Shown here: one piece after another, positions 54,310 to 64,000 of the stretch
How the letters are laid out: every line of letters begins with the position of its first letter
How positions within the stretch are numbered: position 1 is the first letter of the stretch
Source: an uncultured Clostridia bacterium
GTDB taxonomy: Bacteria > Bacillota > Clostridia > Christensenellales > CAG-314
NCBI GenBank assembly: GCA_947628135.1
Contig: CANQYT010000010.1
Span: forward strand, 151 to 64,150
Direction: 5' to 3'
Length of the DNA stretch: 64,000 bases
Position numbers and translations under genes: made by a program
The notes under the pieces: generated by a model
Seen by the model: only the letters and a program-made list of their open reading frames with translations
Told to the model about the DNA's origin: nothing
Databases searched by the model: none

Positions 54310-55213
54310 AATATTGCGCTCCGTACGCAATGCAAAAAAATGTTGCGCCGCATCTTTTTTGAAAGCGGCGTTGAAGTCCGTCGGCTCTCTCACGTTGGGA
54401 TACGGCGGTTACGCTTTCAGCGTGGAGAGCGACAACGCCGAATTTCTCGCGTTGCTGAGCGGCGTCGCCGAAACGCAGTTGGACGTGCGCACGCAAATTG
54501 TTCCAAGCAACATTTCCGCAAAGGGCGGAGAGGTGTACTGCTGTAAGTTCGACGCGTCGTTGGGCGAAAAGTTGGGTCTGGTGGCAAGAGACGGCGACGG
54601 CGCGCTGGGTTTTGCCGACGCTCGCACGCTTGTTCCCGACCAACATTGTTGCAGGCGCGCCTTTATGCAGGGTCTGTTCGTTTCCTGCGGCTCGGTCGTT
54701 ATACCGCAGACGGAGGACGTTTCCGACGACGACCGCGCAAAATATCATCTGGAACTGCGATTTACCGACGCGGAATTTGCCGACGCGGTGAGTTCCGCCT
54801 ACGCCGCGGCGGAGTTTCGCAGAACTCCCCGCAAAAATCACATTGTACTCTATCTCAAAGACAGCGAAAAAATAGCGGATTTTCTCGTGTACACAGACGC
54901 CACCAACGCCAAGTTGGAACTGGAAAACATCATCGTGATGCGCAGCGTTCGCAACGGGATAAACCGTCAGAACAACTGCGAAGTAGCCAACATCGAAAAG
55001 ACGGTAGCTGCGGCGGCAAGGCAGTTGGGCGCGATTGCCGCCCTGCGCGACAAGGGACTGTTCGATTCGCTGCCGGACAGTCTCAAAGAAATCGCGCTGC
55101 TGCGCGAAGAAGAACCGGAAGCCACTCTCGAAGAGATAGCCAACCGACTGCACATTTCCAAAAGCGGTGCAAATCACCGTTTCGCCAAGTTGACGGAACT
55201 CGCCGACAAATAA
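54281..55213 (+). CDS. whiA: sporulation/cell-division regulator WhiA
   Basis: MTFSQSVKNEIL start. LAGLIDADG-derived middle region. C-terminal HTH LEEIANRLHISKSGANHRFAKL. Confidence 0.92.
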   Translation: MTFSQSVKNEILRSVRNAKKCCAASFLKAALKSVGSLTLGYGGYAFSVESDNAEFLALLSGVAETQLDVRTQIVPSNISAKGGEVYCCKFDASLGEKLGLVARDGDGALGFADARTLVPDQHCCRRAFMQGLFVSCGSVVIPQTEDVSDDDRAKYHLELRFTDAEFADAVSSAYAAAEFRRTPRKNHIVLYLKDSEKIADFLVYTDATNAKLELENIIVMRSVRNGINRQNNCEVANIEKTVAAAARQLGAIAALRDKGLFDSLPDSLKEIALLREEEPEATLEEIANRLHISKSGANHRFAKLTELADK

Positions 55214-55232
55214 ATTCGCAAAGGACGACGTT

Positions 55233-58200
55233 ATGAAACAGTTTGTACATCTTCATCTTCACACGGAATACAGTTTGCTGGACGGCGCAACGCGTATAGA
55301 CGATCTGCTTGCCAAGTGCAAACAACTGGATATGCCCGCCGTAGCCGTCACCGACCACGGCAATATGTACTGCGCGTGGAAGTTTCTCAAAGCCGCTCAC
55401 GCCGCGGGCGTAAAGCCGATAATAGGGTGCGAGTTTTACCTATGCGAAAATTTGCACAACGTCGGCTTCGAAAATAAGGAATATTTCCACCTCATTCTGC
55501 TTGCGAAAAACAACGTCGGTTACTACAATCTTTGCAGACTCAATTCCATTGCGTTTGTGGAAGGTTTCTATTACAAACCCCGTATCGATTTCGACACATT
55601 GAAAAAGTACTCCGAAGGGCTTATTTGTCTTTCCGCCTGCATTGCGGGACAACTGCCCCGTTTGCTGCTTGCCGACCGTCCCGAAGAGGCGCGCGAGTTG
55701 GCGCTGCAATACAAAGCCTTGTTCGGAGACGACTACTACATCGAAATTCAACGCCACGGAATAGACGACGAGGACGCGGTTATGCCGCAACTCGTTCAAT
55801 TGGCGCACGAACTTAACATAAAAATTGTCGTCACCAACGACGTACACTATCTCAACAGAGAGGACGCCGAAATACAGGACGTGATGATGTGCGTTCAGAT
55901 GGGCAAGTACCTCGACGACACGGACAGAATGAAATTTCAGGGAGAGGAATTTTATCTGAAAGACTACGACGAGATGGCGGCGTTGTTTCCCAATCTGCCC
56001 GAAGCAATGGAAAACACGTTGGAGATCGCCGCAAAGTGCGACGTAAACTTCGGCAAGGAAAAGTTACTGCCTCTCTACATTCCGCCCGACAAAATGTCCT
56101 CGCCCGACTACCTGTGGTATCTCGTACAGCAGGGACTTGCGAAAAAGTACCCCAATCCCTCAAAAGAGGTGCTGGACAGAATAAAGTACGAGTACGACGT
56201 TATCTGCAATATGGGTTTTGTGGATTACTACCTCATCGTTTGGGATTTCATCAACTACGCAAAAACCAACGGAATACCCGTCGGTCCGGGGCGCGGCAGC
56301 GGCGCAGGCAGCGTGATAGCGTATCTCATCGGTATCACCGAAGTAGAGCCTTTCCGTTTCAATTTGATGTTCGAGCGCTTTCTCAACCCGGAACGCAAGT
56401 CTATGCCCGATTTCGACGTGGACTTCTGTATGGACCGCCGCGGCGAAGTTATCGACTACGTTCATCGCAAATACGGCGACGACAACGTGTGTCAGATAGT
56501 CACGTTCGGCACTATGGCTGCGAAAAACGCCATTCGCGACGTGGCGCGCGTGCTGCGTTTCCCGATAAGCGAATCCAACCGTCTGGCAAAGATGGTCCCC
56601 GACAACTTCAAATACACTTTGCGCCACCTGCTTGGCGAAGTTCCCTACAAAAATGCCGAAGATACCTACATCTCCGACGAACTCAAACGCGCCTACGACG
56701 ACCCCGCAACGCACAAACTCATCGACATCGCAAAGCGTATAGAGGGCTCTCCGAGACAAACGGGTATGCACGCCGCGGGCGTAGTCATCTGCCGCGAAAA
56801 GGTCAGCGACCACGTGCCTTTGCAAACCAACGGCGGCGCGCTTGCCAAGGGCGGAATAGTCACCACGCAGTACACGATGACGGAAGTGGAGGAGTTGGGA
56901 CTGCTCAAAATGGACTTCCTCGGACTGCGCACGCTCACCGACATTAAAAAGGCGTGCGACTACATCTACGAGGACTACGGCGTAAAAGTGAATTTCGGTA
57001 CGGACGATTACGACGACCCCAACGTGTTCAACCTCATTTCGAGCGGCGACACGATGTGTATTTTCCAATTGGAAAGCGGCGGTATGTGCGATCTTATGCG
57101 CAAAATGAAGCCCGCCCATTTGGAAGAAATCATCGCAGGCATAAGCCTTTACCGTCCCGGACCGATGCAGTACATCGGCAACTACATAGAGTGCAAGTTC
57201 GACAAATCGAAAATCAAATATCTGCACCCGGAAATGGAATCGATACTTAGCGTCACCAACGGCTGTATCGTCTATCAGGAGCAAGTTATGCAACTCGTGC
57301 AAAAACTTGCGGGCTTTTCTATGGCGCTTGCGGACAACGTGCGCTACGCTATGAGCAAGAAGAAAGCGCAGATGATGGAGGACCTCGGCAAACTGTTCAT
57401 CAACGGCGGCACTTGGACCAACGGCGAAACCGTCCCCGGCTGCGTAAACAACGGCGTGGACAAAAAAATCGCGCAGGAGATATGGAATCAACTGTTCGAC
57501 TTTTCGCAGTATGCTTTCAACAAATCGCACGCGACGTGTTACGCTTACGTCACGTATCAGACGGCTTGGCTCAAAAATTACTACCCCGTGGAGTTTATTT
57601 GCGCCCTGCTTAACAACCGTATCAACGACATCTCGCAAATAAAAAAATATATGGCGTACGCCAAATCTCAGGGGATAGCGGTGCTTCCTCCCGACATCAA
57701 CAAGAGCCGCGACGAATTCCGCGTGGAAAACGGCGCGATTCGTTTCGGTTTGGGCGGCATACGCAACATCGGCGTGGGCGTAGTCAAGAAAATCGTGGAA
57801 GAACGCGAGCGCGGCGGCGAATTCAAGGATATGCAGGACTTCTTCGAACGTTGCTACGAACGGGAGGATACGGCGACCTCGCGCGAGGGACAAAGTTTCA
57901 TCAACAAGCGAATGGTGGAAAATTTCATCAAGGGCGGCGCTTTCGACTGCTTCGGCAGGACGCGCGCCGATATGCTTGCCTACTACAACGACGAGTTCAA
58001 CGAGGCTTTGGACAACCTCAAAACGCGCGCTTCGGGGCAGTTGTCCATATTCGACCTCGTTCCCGAAGTCAAGGCGAACACCCGCGCCGAACACGCGCAG
58101 ATCAAGGAATTCGGCAAAGACGTACTGTACAACTACGAAAACGAAGTGCTGGGCGTATATATGACGGGCAGTCCTTTGGACGACTACGACGAAGTTGCCC

Positions 58201-58799
58201 GCAAGTACCGCTTCGATTTCGACACGTCCGAAACGATGGCGTACGTACCCGAAGGCTCGGAGGACGGCGAACCCGTCCGCCCGAAAGTGGACAAAAAGTT
58301 TGTAACCACGGGCGGCATATTGCGCAACATACGCGTAACCGTCGGCAAGGACAATCAGCGGCTTGCTTTCGGCGTGTTGGAGGACAAATTCGACACGATA
58401 GAAGTGGGATTGTACGGCGCTACGTACGAGAAGTACAAAACGCTGTTTGCGGAGGACGCATTCGTAGTCGTTCGCGGCAGTCTGAGCGAATCGCGCGACG
58501 CTTACAAAATCAACGTAAGAGAACTCATCAATCCCCGAAGCGAGATCGAGCAGAAAGAGGCGCAGCGCACGGAAACGGCGCGCAACGTTACGCTTTGGCT
58601 GAAAATGGAGGAACGCGACGAGGAAAAATACGCGCAGGTGGTGGACGCTTTGCAACGGTACGAAGGAGATATCCCCGTCAAATTCAAAATAGAAGGCGTG
58701 CCTTACAAATTGGAAACGTGCGTGCGCAACTGTCCCGGTATCATATACGAACTTGCGGGTATCCTCGGAGAAAAGAACGTTATCTTTTTCGAAAAGTAA
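55233..58799 (+). CDS. dnaE: DNA polymerase III alpha subunit (DnaE type)
   Basis: PHP domain FVHLHLHTEYSLLDGA. Also GRGSGAGSVIAYLIGIT, PDFDVDF, FNKSHATCYAYVTYQTAWLK. 1188 aa. Confidence 0.97.
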   Translation: MKQFVHLHLHTEYSLLDGATRIDDLLAKCKQLDMPAVAVTDHGNMYCAWKFLKAAHAAGVKPIIGCEFYLCENLHNVGFENKEYFHLILLAKNNVGYYNLCRLNSIAFVEGFYYKPRIDFDTLKKYSEGLICLSACIAGQLPRLLLADRPEEARELALQYKALFGDDYYIEIQRHGIDDEDAVMPQLVQLAHELNIKIVVTNDVHYLNREDAEIQDVMMCVQMGKYLDDTDRMKFQGEEFYLKDYDEMAALFPNLPEAMENTLEIAAKCDVNFGKEKLLPLYIPPDKMSSPDYLWYLVQQGLAKKYPNPSKEVLDRIKYEYDVICNMGFVDYYLIVWDFINYAKTNGIPVGPGRGSGAGSVIAYLIGITEVEPFRFNLMFERFLNPERKSMPDFDVDFCMDRRGEVIDYVHRKYGDDNVCQIVTFGTMAAKNAIRDVARVLRFPISESNRLAKMVPDNFKYTLRHLLGEVPYKNAEDTYISDELKRAYDDPATHKLIDIAKRIEGSPRQTGMHAAGVVICREKVSDHVPLQTNGGALAKGGIVTTQYTMTEVEELGLLKMDFLGLRTLTDIKKACDYIYEDYGVKVNFGTDDYDDPNVFNLISSGDTMCIFQLESGGMCDLMRKMKPAHLEEIIAGISLYRPGPMQYIGNYIECKFDKSKIKYLHPEMESILSVTNGCIVYQEQVMQLVQKLAGFSMALADNVRYAMSKKKAQMMEDLGKLFINGGTWTNGETVPGCVNNGVDKKIAQEIWNQLFDFSQYAFNKSHATCYAYVTYQTAWLKNYYPVEFICALLNNRINDISQIKKYMAYAKSQGIAVLPPDINKSRDEFRVENGAIRFGLGGIRNIGVGVVKKIVEERERGGEFKDMQDFFERCYEREDTATSREGQSFINKRMVENFIKGGAFDCFGRTRADMLAYYNDEFNEALDNLKTRASGQLSIFDLVPEVKANTRAEHAQIKEFGKDVLYNYENEVLGVYMTGSPLDDYDEVARKYRFDFDTSETMAYVPEGSEDGEPVRPKVDKKFVTTGGILRNIRVTVGKDNQRLAFGVLEDKFDTIEVGLYGATYEKYKTLFAEDAFVVVRGSLSESRDAYKINVRELINPRSEIEQKEAQRTETARNVTLWLKMEERDEEKYAQVVDALQRYEGDIPVKFKIEGVPYKLETCVRNCPGIIYELAGILGEKNVIFFEK

Positions 58800-58971
58800 C
58801 GCAACCGCCTCGCCGCCGTATACAGATTTCGTTCCCTTCCGACTTGACAAACGTCGGCTGCGGCGCGGTCGTATACGGCGTTTTTTTGCGCGCGAACGCC
58901 TCAATCGCTTGACATTTTTTTGCGGATAATGTACATTTATCAATAGTTCCGTTTGGAACTATTTTTGCAAA

Positions 58972-59421
58972 ATGAGGCGTACGAAAATGCAAAAAGACAA
59001 TTTGCTGGATTACATTCACAACGTATTTCTGGTAAAAAAACGCGTAGACGAAACGGTCGCGCGGCAAAACGGACTGTCTCCGTTGGACGTGCATATTCTC
59101 ACGTTTATCAACGTCCACTCCGACGACCGCACTGCGGCGGATATGGAACGCAAACATCTCATCAAAAAGAACACCATTTCGGTGCACGTGGACGGTCTTG
59201 TGCGGCAGGGTTACCTTCGTCGTCAGTTCGACGCAGAGGACAGGCGTAAGGTGATATTGTCCCTCACGGAAAGCGGCGAGTCCGTCGCCGCGCAATGTAT
59301 AAAAGAGTGCGGCGAAACGTGCGCGAAATTGCGCGAGGGTCTGACGCAGTCGGATATCGACTTTATTTATCGCTGTTTTGCGATAGTAAACGACAACGCG
59401 TTGACCATTTTGCGCGGTTGA
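58972..59421 (+). CDS. MarR-family transcriptional regulator
   Basis: wHTH segment LSPLDVHILTFI...ISVHVDGLVRQGYLRRQFDAEDRRKVILSLTESG. The start may be ATG 58987. Confidence 0.82.
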   Translation: MRRTKMQKDNLLDYIHNVFLVKKRVDETVARQNGLSPLDVHILTFINVHSDDRTAADMERKHLIKKNTISVHVDGLVRQGYLRRQFDAEDRRKVILSLTESGESVAAQCIKECGETCAKLREGLTQSDIDFIYRCFAIVNDNALTILRG

Positions 59422-59599
59422 GCGTCAGGTAACGGCAAACTTTTTGCGACAGGCGCGGCGCGCCGAGAATATGCGGCGAGCAACTCGTTTTCGGGTGGGA
59501 CGCGTCAAATTGTTTGCATATTATATAAATTGATATTATAATAAGCAAATATGGAATAAAGAACGTTCCGCTTTTGGTAAGCGGGATCGAGGTGGAAAA

Positions 59600-59686
59600 T
59601 TGATTCGAAAAATGTTGAAAGGGGCAAAGGGCTACGCAGTCCAATCGATATTGTCGGTCGTTCTCAACTCCAACGCGGTGGAGATA
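59600..59686 (+). pseudogene. orphan copy of the 5' end (RBS plus first about 29 codons) of the ABC transporter gene at 61074
   Basis: TTGAT.(c/a)GAAAA.TGTTGAAAGGGGCAAAGGGCTACGCAGTCCAATCGATATTG.CGGTCGTTCTC is shared between 59600-59660 and 61074-61134. The copy runs into a stop after about 37 codons. Confidence 0.7.
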
Positions 59687-59723
59687 CTTTGCCGGGGTTG
59701 TCACGGCGAATAGGGGGCGGAAA

Positions 59724-60938
59724 ATGAAAAAACGTCTTGCATATATTTTTGCCTTGTTATTTACATTTGTCGTTGCGTTTGGCGTATTGAGCGCTTGCAC
59801 ATTGCCGGACAGAACAATCAACGAATACAACGTTACTATCGGCGAAGCGAGTCTTATGTCCACAACAAGCGCGACCGAAGTGCTTGCGCGCATTCGCCCG
59901 ACGGTGGTGGACGTGACAAGTTACGGCGACGAAGTTACTGCTGCGGGTAGCGGCGTCATCATCTCTCGCTCAACTTTGACGGACAATGAAGAGTACTTTG
60001 TTGTCACCAACCACCACGTCATAGAAGGCGGCAACGTCTTTGCGGTCGACGTGTTGAGCATCGACAACGGCACGGAAAGTACAACAAGTTACAACGCAAT
60101 ACTTGTGGGCAGTTCCAAAAAGCGCGATATTGCCGTGTTGGCGTTTTTCACCGCCAAGGGCACGCAACTTTCCACAGCCACGTTTATCCAAGACAGCGAC
60201 GTGGTAAAGGTGGGCACGGAAGTGTACGCGATTGGCAACCCGTTGGGTATTTTGGGCGGTACGGTCACTCACGGGATAGTATCCGCCACCAAACGTCAGG
60301 TTTCGGTGGAAGAAGTGGGTACAATGACGCTTATGCAGACGGACGCGTCCATCAACGGCGGCAATTCCGGCGGCGGACTGTTTGACACCGACGGCATTCT
60401 CATAGGGATAATCAACAGCGGTTACGACACATATAACGAGCAGTCTGTGGAAGGACTCAACTTTGCCATACCCGCCAACGACGCCAAATATGCCGCCGCT
60501 TCCATCATCGAAACGCACACGGAAGAAAACGGCACGGTAACGTCCTACGGCTATGTGGAAGGGGACGCAAATTTAAGTCTTACCGTTTCCGCCGCAACAT
60601 TATACACGTCCTCCGCGTTGATTTCGCGTTCCACCTATTTGACGTTGACGGCGGCAAGCGACAGTCCTTTCTACTCCGCTTGGGGCGGCAGTACCAAGGC
60701 AGTGACGTCTGTCAAAATCAACGGCGCGGAGGTGTCGTTGCCTTCCGACGGAAGCGCTTACTCGCTTATAGCCGCGGCAAGCGACGCTCTGTTGTCGGTA
60801 CAAGCGGGCGACAGCGTAACGGTAGTGTATCGGGACATTTACTCGTCAAACAGTTTTCTCGGCAGGTCGCGCAGTTACGTTGACGGAACGGAAAAAACTC
60901 TGACCGTAACGGCGTCGCAGTATGTGTACCGTCCGTAA
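59724..60938 (+). CDS. lipoprotein trypsin-like (S1C/Trypsin_2) serine protease
   Basis: Lipobox GVLSAC. Triad contexts VVTNHHVI, RDIAVL, GNSGGGLFDTDGILIGI. Confidence 0.85.
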   Translation: MKKRLAYIFALLFTFVVAFGVLSACTLPDRTINEYNVTIGEASLMSTTSATEVLARIRPTVVDVTSYGDEVTAAGSGVIISRSTLTDNEEYFVVTNHHVIEGGNVFAVDVLSIDNGTESTTSYNAILVGSSKKRDIAVLAFFTAKGTQLSTATFIQDSDVVKVGTEVYAIGNPLGILGGTVTHGIVSATKRQVSVEEVGTMTLMQTDASINGGNSGGGLFDTDGILIGIINSGYDTYNEQSVEGLNFAIPANDAKYAAASIIETHTEENGTVTSYGYVEGDANLSLTVSAATLYTSSALISRSTYLTLTAASDSPFYSAWGGSTKAVTSVKINGAEVSLPSDGSAYSLIAAASDALLSVQAGDSVTVVYRDIYSSNSFLGRSRSYVDGTEKTLTVTASQYVYRP

Positions 60939-61073
60939 ACGAAAAAAAAAACGAAATATATGCGTCAATTTGGTTGGCACAACAAAACAAACTGTACTAT
61001 AATATAAAAATTAAATTTTGCAATACGGTGCCTTGGCTTTTTCGGGATGAAAAAGCGGGACGAAGGAGGCAAC

Positions 61074-62933
61074 TTGATAAGAAAACTGTTGAAAGGGGCA
61101 AAGGGCTACGCAGTCCAATCGATATTGACGGTCGTTCTCGTGCTGTTTGAAACGGCGTTGGAGGTCGTACTGCCGATATTTATGTCCAACATTCTCAACA
61201 CTATGCAGTTGTACGCCGTAGACGCCGATCTCAAAGGATTGTCAACGGCGATGACGGTGTACGATTTCAGAGGAGGCACGCACTCGCTGCTCACTTACGA
61301 CGCGGGTACGTTGATTTTGGGTAAAGAAGACATTTTGCTCAACACCGTATATTCCTACGGCATACTTATGATCGTATCCGCCGTTTGTTCGCTTACTTTC
61401 GGCGGCTTGGCAGGTTGGCTTTGCGCCGTTGCGGGCGCGGGCTTTTCCAAAAACGTGCGCGGTATGCTGTTCAAAAAAATACAAGGTTTCAGTTTTGCCA
61501 ACGTGGACAAGTTCAGCACGGCAAGCCTTGTCACGCGTTCCACGACGGACGTAAACAACGCGCAAAACAGTTTTATGATGATAATCCGCACGGTAATAAG
61601 AGCGCCCGCTATGCTCATTTTCAGTACGGTGATGGCGTTTGTTACCGAACCGAAAATGGCTTGGGTGTTCTTGGGGGCGATACCCGCGTTGGGCGTGGTG
61701 ATGTTTTTAATTGCTACGCGCGTACATCCGCTGTTCAAGTCGATGCTCAAAAAGTACGACAAGATGAACGCCGACGTTCAGGAAGATCTGGTGGCGATAC
61801 GCGTTGTAAAGGCATTTGTGCGCGAGGACTACGAGGAACAGAAATACCGCGAGTCCACCGAGAGCGTGCGTAAAGCGCAACTTAAAGCGGAAAAACTGAT
61901 GATACTTATGAATCCGCTTACCAGTCTGATAATGTACGCCACAATTATCGGCTTGCTCATCATCGGCGGCAAGGATATAGCCGTCGGCTCGATGCAGGGC
62001 GGCACGCTTACCGCAATGATGAATTACTGCACGCAGATACTCAGTTCTGTTATGATGATATGTTTCATCGCCGTGCAGTTGGTTATGTCCCGCGCCTCTA
62101 TCGACCGTATTTACGAAGTGTTGGAAACGGACTCCACGATCAAGGACGGCGCTCAAACGGACAAGACCGTCAACAGCGGCAGTATCGACTTCGACAACGT
62201 CGATTTCAGTTACTCCGACAACGCCGACAATTTGACGTTGGAACATATCGATTTGCACATCAAGTCGGGCGAGACGGTTGGTATCATCGGCGGCACGGGC
62301 GACGGAAAAAGCAGTCTCGTCCAACTTATACCGCGTTTCTACGACGTGTTCAACGGCAGAGTGGCGGTGGACGGAACGGACGTGAGAGAGTACTCTTTGT
62401 ACAATCTGCGCGAGGGCGTTTCGATGGTGCTGCAAAAGAACGTACTGTTCTCCGGCACTATCCGTGAAAATCTGCTGTGGGGCAACAAGGACGCCACGCA
62501 GGAAGAGATAGAAGCGGCTTGCAAGGCGGCGTGCGCTCACGACTTTATAATGTCCTTCCCCAACGGTTACGAAACGGACCTCGGACAAGGCGGCGTAAAC
62601 GTCAGCGGCGGTCAAAAACAGCGTCTGTGCATTGCTCGCGCGCTGCTCAAAAAGCCGAAAATAATGATTCTCGACGACTCCACCAGCGCAGTGGACACAG
62701 CAACCGACGCGCAGATACGCAAAGGGCTCAAAGAACTGAGCGCGGATATGACCACGATAATAATCGCTCAACGTCTGTCCTCCGTTCAGGACTGCGACAA
62801 GATAGTAATTCTCGACGACGGCAAAATAAACGCCGTCGGCACTCACGAAGAATTGTTGAAGAACAATTCTATATATCAGGAAATTTACCGTTCTCAACAG
62901 AAGGGTACTGTGGAAGAAGGAGGTGACAACTGA
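61074..62933 (+). CDS. ABC exporter, fused permease/ATPase (MDR type)
   Basis: TTG start with a GAAGGAGG RBS (the ORF-track ATG at 61047 is possible). Walker A GGTGDGKSS, signature VSGGQKQR, Walker B ILDDSTSAVD. Confidence 0.9.
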   Translation: MIRKLLKGAKGYAVQSILTVVLVLFETALEVVLPIFMSNILNTMQLYAVDADLKGLSTAMTVYDFRGGTHSLLTYDAGTLILGKEDILLNTVYSYGILMIVSAVCSLTFGGLAGWLCAVAGAGFSKNVRGMLFKKIQGFSFANVDKFSTASLVTRSTTDVNNAQNSFMMIIRTVIRAPAMLIFSTVMAFVTEPKMAWVFLGAIPALGVVMFLIATRVHPLFKSMLKKYDKMNADVQEDLVAIRVVKAFVREDYEEQKYRESTESVRKAQLKAEKLMILMNPLTSLIMYATIIGLLIIGGKDIAVGSMQGGTLTAMMNYCTQILSSVMMICFIAVQLVMSRASIDRIYEVLETDSTIKDGAQTDKTVNSGSIDFDNVDFSYSDNADNLTLEHIDLHIKSGETVGIIGGTGDGKSSLVQLIPRFYDVFNGRVAVDGTDVREYSLYNLREGVSMVLQKNVLFSGTIRENLLWGNKDATQEEIEAACKAACAHDFIMSFPNGYETDLGQGGVNVSGGQKQRLCIARALLKKPKIMILDDSTSAVDTATDAQIRKGLKELSADMTTIIIAQRLSSVQDCDKIVILDDGKINAVGTHEELLKNNSIYQEIYRSQQKGTVEEGGDN

Positions 62934-64000
62934 TGCCCCCGCGTACGAAAATTATGGGCGCGCAACGCCCCAAAAATCTTAAAGGCACTCTCGGCAGATT
63001 GCTCGGCTATCTCAAACCGTTCAAGGGACGTATTGCGGTGGTGTTTTTGTGCGTAGCGGTGCAAAGCCTTGCCAACGTATTTGCCACGTCCTTGCTCAAA
63101 CCGTTGCTCAACGGTCTGGCGGTGGGCGCGGAAACGGGCGACGTGACGCTTACGGGCATACCGTTCATCGACGAATTCGCCTTTTCGGGCGTGCTTGCGG
63201 ACAAACTTACTTACCTCGGAGCGGTAGTGGGTCTGATGGCGGCTATATACGTGCTGGCGCTTGCAAGCAACTACATTCTCAACCGTTTGCTTATCGCGGT
63301 TTCCACCTCCACGATAAAAAGGCTGCGCGACGAACTGTTTGCGCATATGCAAAGTCTGCCCGTACGGGTATTCGACAACACCACGCACGGCGAACTTATG
63401 AGCCGTTACACCAACGACATAGATATGATGAACGAATTTATCGCCCGCGCGCTACCGCAGTTCGTCAGCAGTTTCGTAACCATCGTCGGCGTGTTTGTGG
63501 TGATGTTCGTAATGGATTGGAAGTTGGCGTTGGTGATGGTGGGAATGCTCATAGTGATGGGTATTTTGGTAAAATTCATCGGCGGACGTTCCAAGAGAAA
63601 TTTCGTCGCTCAACAGGAGGCGGTGGGCAAACTCAACGGCTACGTCGAGGAAATGACGGAAGGTCAGAAAGTGGTAAAAGCCTTCAACCACGAAGAAATT
63701 GCCGTGCAGGAATTTGAAAAGATCAACGGACATTGGGCGACGGTTTCGGCGCGAGCCAACAGTTACGCCAACATTATGGGTCCGATAATGAACAACCTGT
63801 CTCACTTCTTCTATGCGGGCATAGCCGTTTTCGGAGCGTTGATTGCCACACGATCGCAGAACCCGTTGGATTACGTGGGTACAATCGCGGCGTTTTTGCT
63901 GTATATTCGCAACATCACAATGCCTATCCAGCAAATTGCTCAGCAAATCAACTTGCTGTTTATGGCGGTTGCGGGCGGCGAACGCGTGTTTGCGCTTATG
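62933..64000 (+). CDS. second ABC exporter permease/ATPase subunit, 3'-truncated by the window end
   Basis: TGATG overlap with the upstream gene. Translation MPPRTKIMGAQRPKNLKGTLGRLLGYLKPFKGRIAVVFLC... stays open to position 64000. Not in the ORF track because it is unterminated. Confidence 0.85.
   Translation, partial: MPPRTKIMGAQRPKNLKGTLGRLLGYLKPFKGRIAVVFLCVAVQSLANVFATSLLKPLLNGLAVGAETGDVTLTGIPFIDEFAFSGVLADKLTYLGAVVGLMAAIYVLALASNYILNRLLIAVSTSTIKRLRDELFAHMQSLPVRVFDNTTHGELMSRYTNDIDMMNEFIARALPQFVSSFVTIVGVFVVMFVMDWKLALVMVGMLIVMGILVKFIGGRSKRNFVAQQEAVGKLNGYVEEMTEGQKVVKAFNHEEIAVQEFEKINGHWATVSARANSYANIMGPIMNNLSHFFYAGIAVFGALIATRSQNPLDYVGTIAAFLLYIRNITMPIQQIAQQINLLFMAVAGGERVFALM

Noticed and set aside
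40723-55177. Other long antisense ORFs in the GC-rich part (40723-41907 -, 52203-53783 -, 53083-54138 -, 54095-55177 -, 61707-62897 -)
   Set aside because: For the same reason, prfB, murB, whiA and the ABC transporter occupy the sense strand with diagnostic motifs.
56160-58943. 927-aa minus-strand ORF and the 55889-56947 and 57851-58912 alternative-frame ORFs over dnaE
   Set aside because: These are shadow ORFs of dnaE. They have no recognisable motifs and their composition is an artefact of GC-rich codons.
1-64000. tRNA, rRNA, tmRNA, transposase, integrase or toxin-antitoxin genes
   Set aside because: I scanned for characteristic strings (T-loop GTTCGAATC-type sequences, rRNA-conserved blocks, DDE/tyrosine-recombinase motifs in the ORF track) and found none. 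Absence by eye is not proof, so tRNAscan/Infernal should confirm.

Overview
The window has two compositionally distinct parts. Part 1 (about 1-24.7 kb) is visibly AT-richer. All its genes are on the + strand and tightly packed, with strong Gram-positive-type RBSs, and it looks like an accessory island whose left end lies outside the window. It forms two operons. Operon 1 (102-18965) starts with two 204-aa helical proteins, at least one of them Snf7/ESCRT-III-like. A Vps4/katanin-like AAA ATPase with an MIT-like N-terminal domain follows. Two further enzymes carry similar MIT-like N-terminal three-helix domains: a cytoplasmic trypsin-like serine protease and a RuvB-like AAA+ ATPase. The rest of operon 1 encodes paralogous 2-TM membrane proteins, long coiled-coil proteins, a TIR-like/FtsK-gamma/BspA-LRR multidomain protein, a 7-TM protein with surface LRRs, an Hsp70/actin-fold ATPase and an HTH protein. 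Operon 2 (19411-24666) encodes a stand-alone ClpP, a Sel1-like protein, a soluble TraG/VirD4-type coupling ATPase and a motor-less FtsK alpha+gamma protein. I regard this island as the candidate undescribed system: an ESCRT-III/Vps4-like membrane-remodelling core with MIT-tagged effectors. No integrase, tRNA, rRNA or CRISPR array was seen anywhere in the window. Part 2 (about 25-64 kb) is GC-richer Firmicutes/Clostridia-like chromosome. It contains an XRE regulator next to a sipW/TasA-like/GLUG-repeat surface-protein operon, and a SAM-I riboswitch upstream of metK. The housekeeping genes recD2, comFC, secA, prfB (no frameshift), murB, whiA and dnaE are present. There is a PatB/MalY-type lyase and an FMN-binding lipoprotein/ApbE/Gx-transporter flavinylation cluster. 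An MscS channel, an MFS transporter, a MarR regulator, a lipoprotein serine protease and two ABC exporter genes complete the set. An unexplained tandem pair of highly structured repeats sits at 44.57-45.30 kb. Many long ORFs on opposite strands or in other frames in the GC-rich part are shadow ORFs and are rejected.
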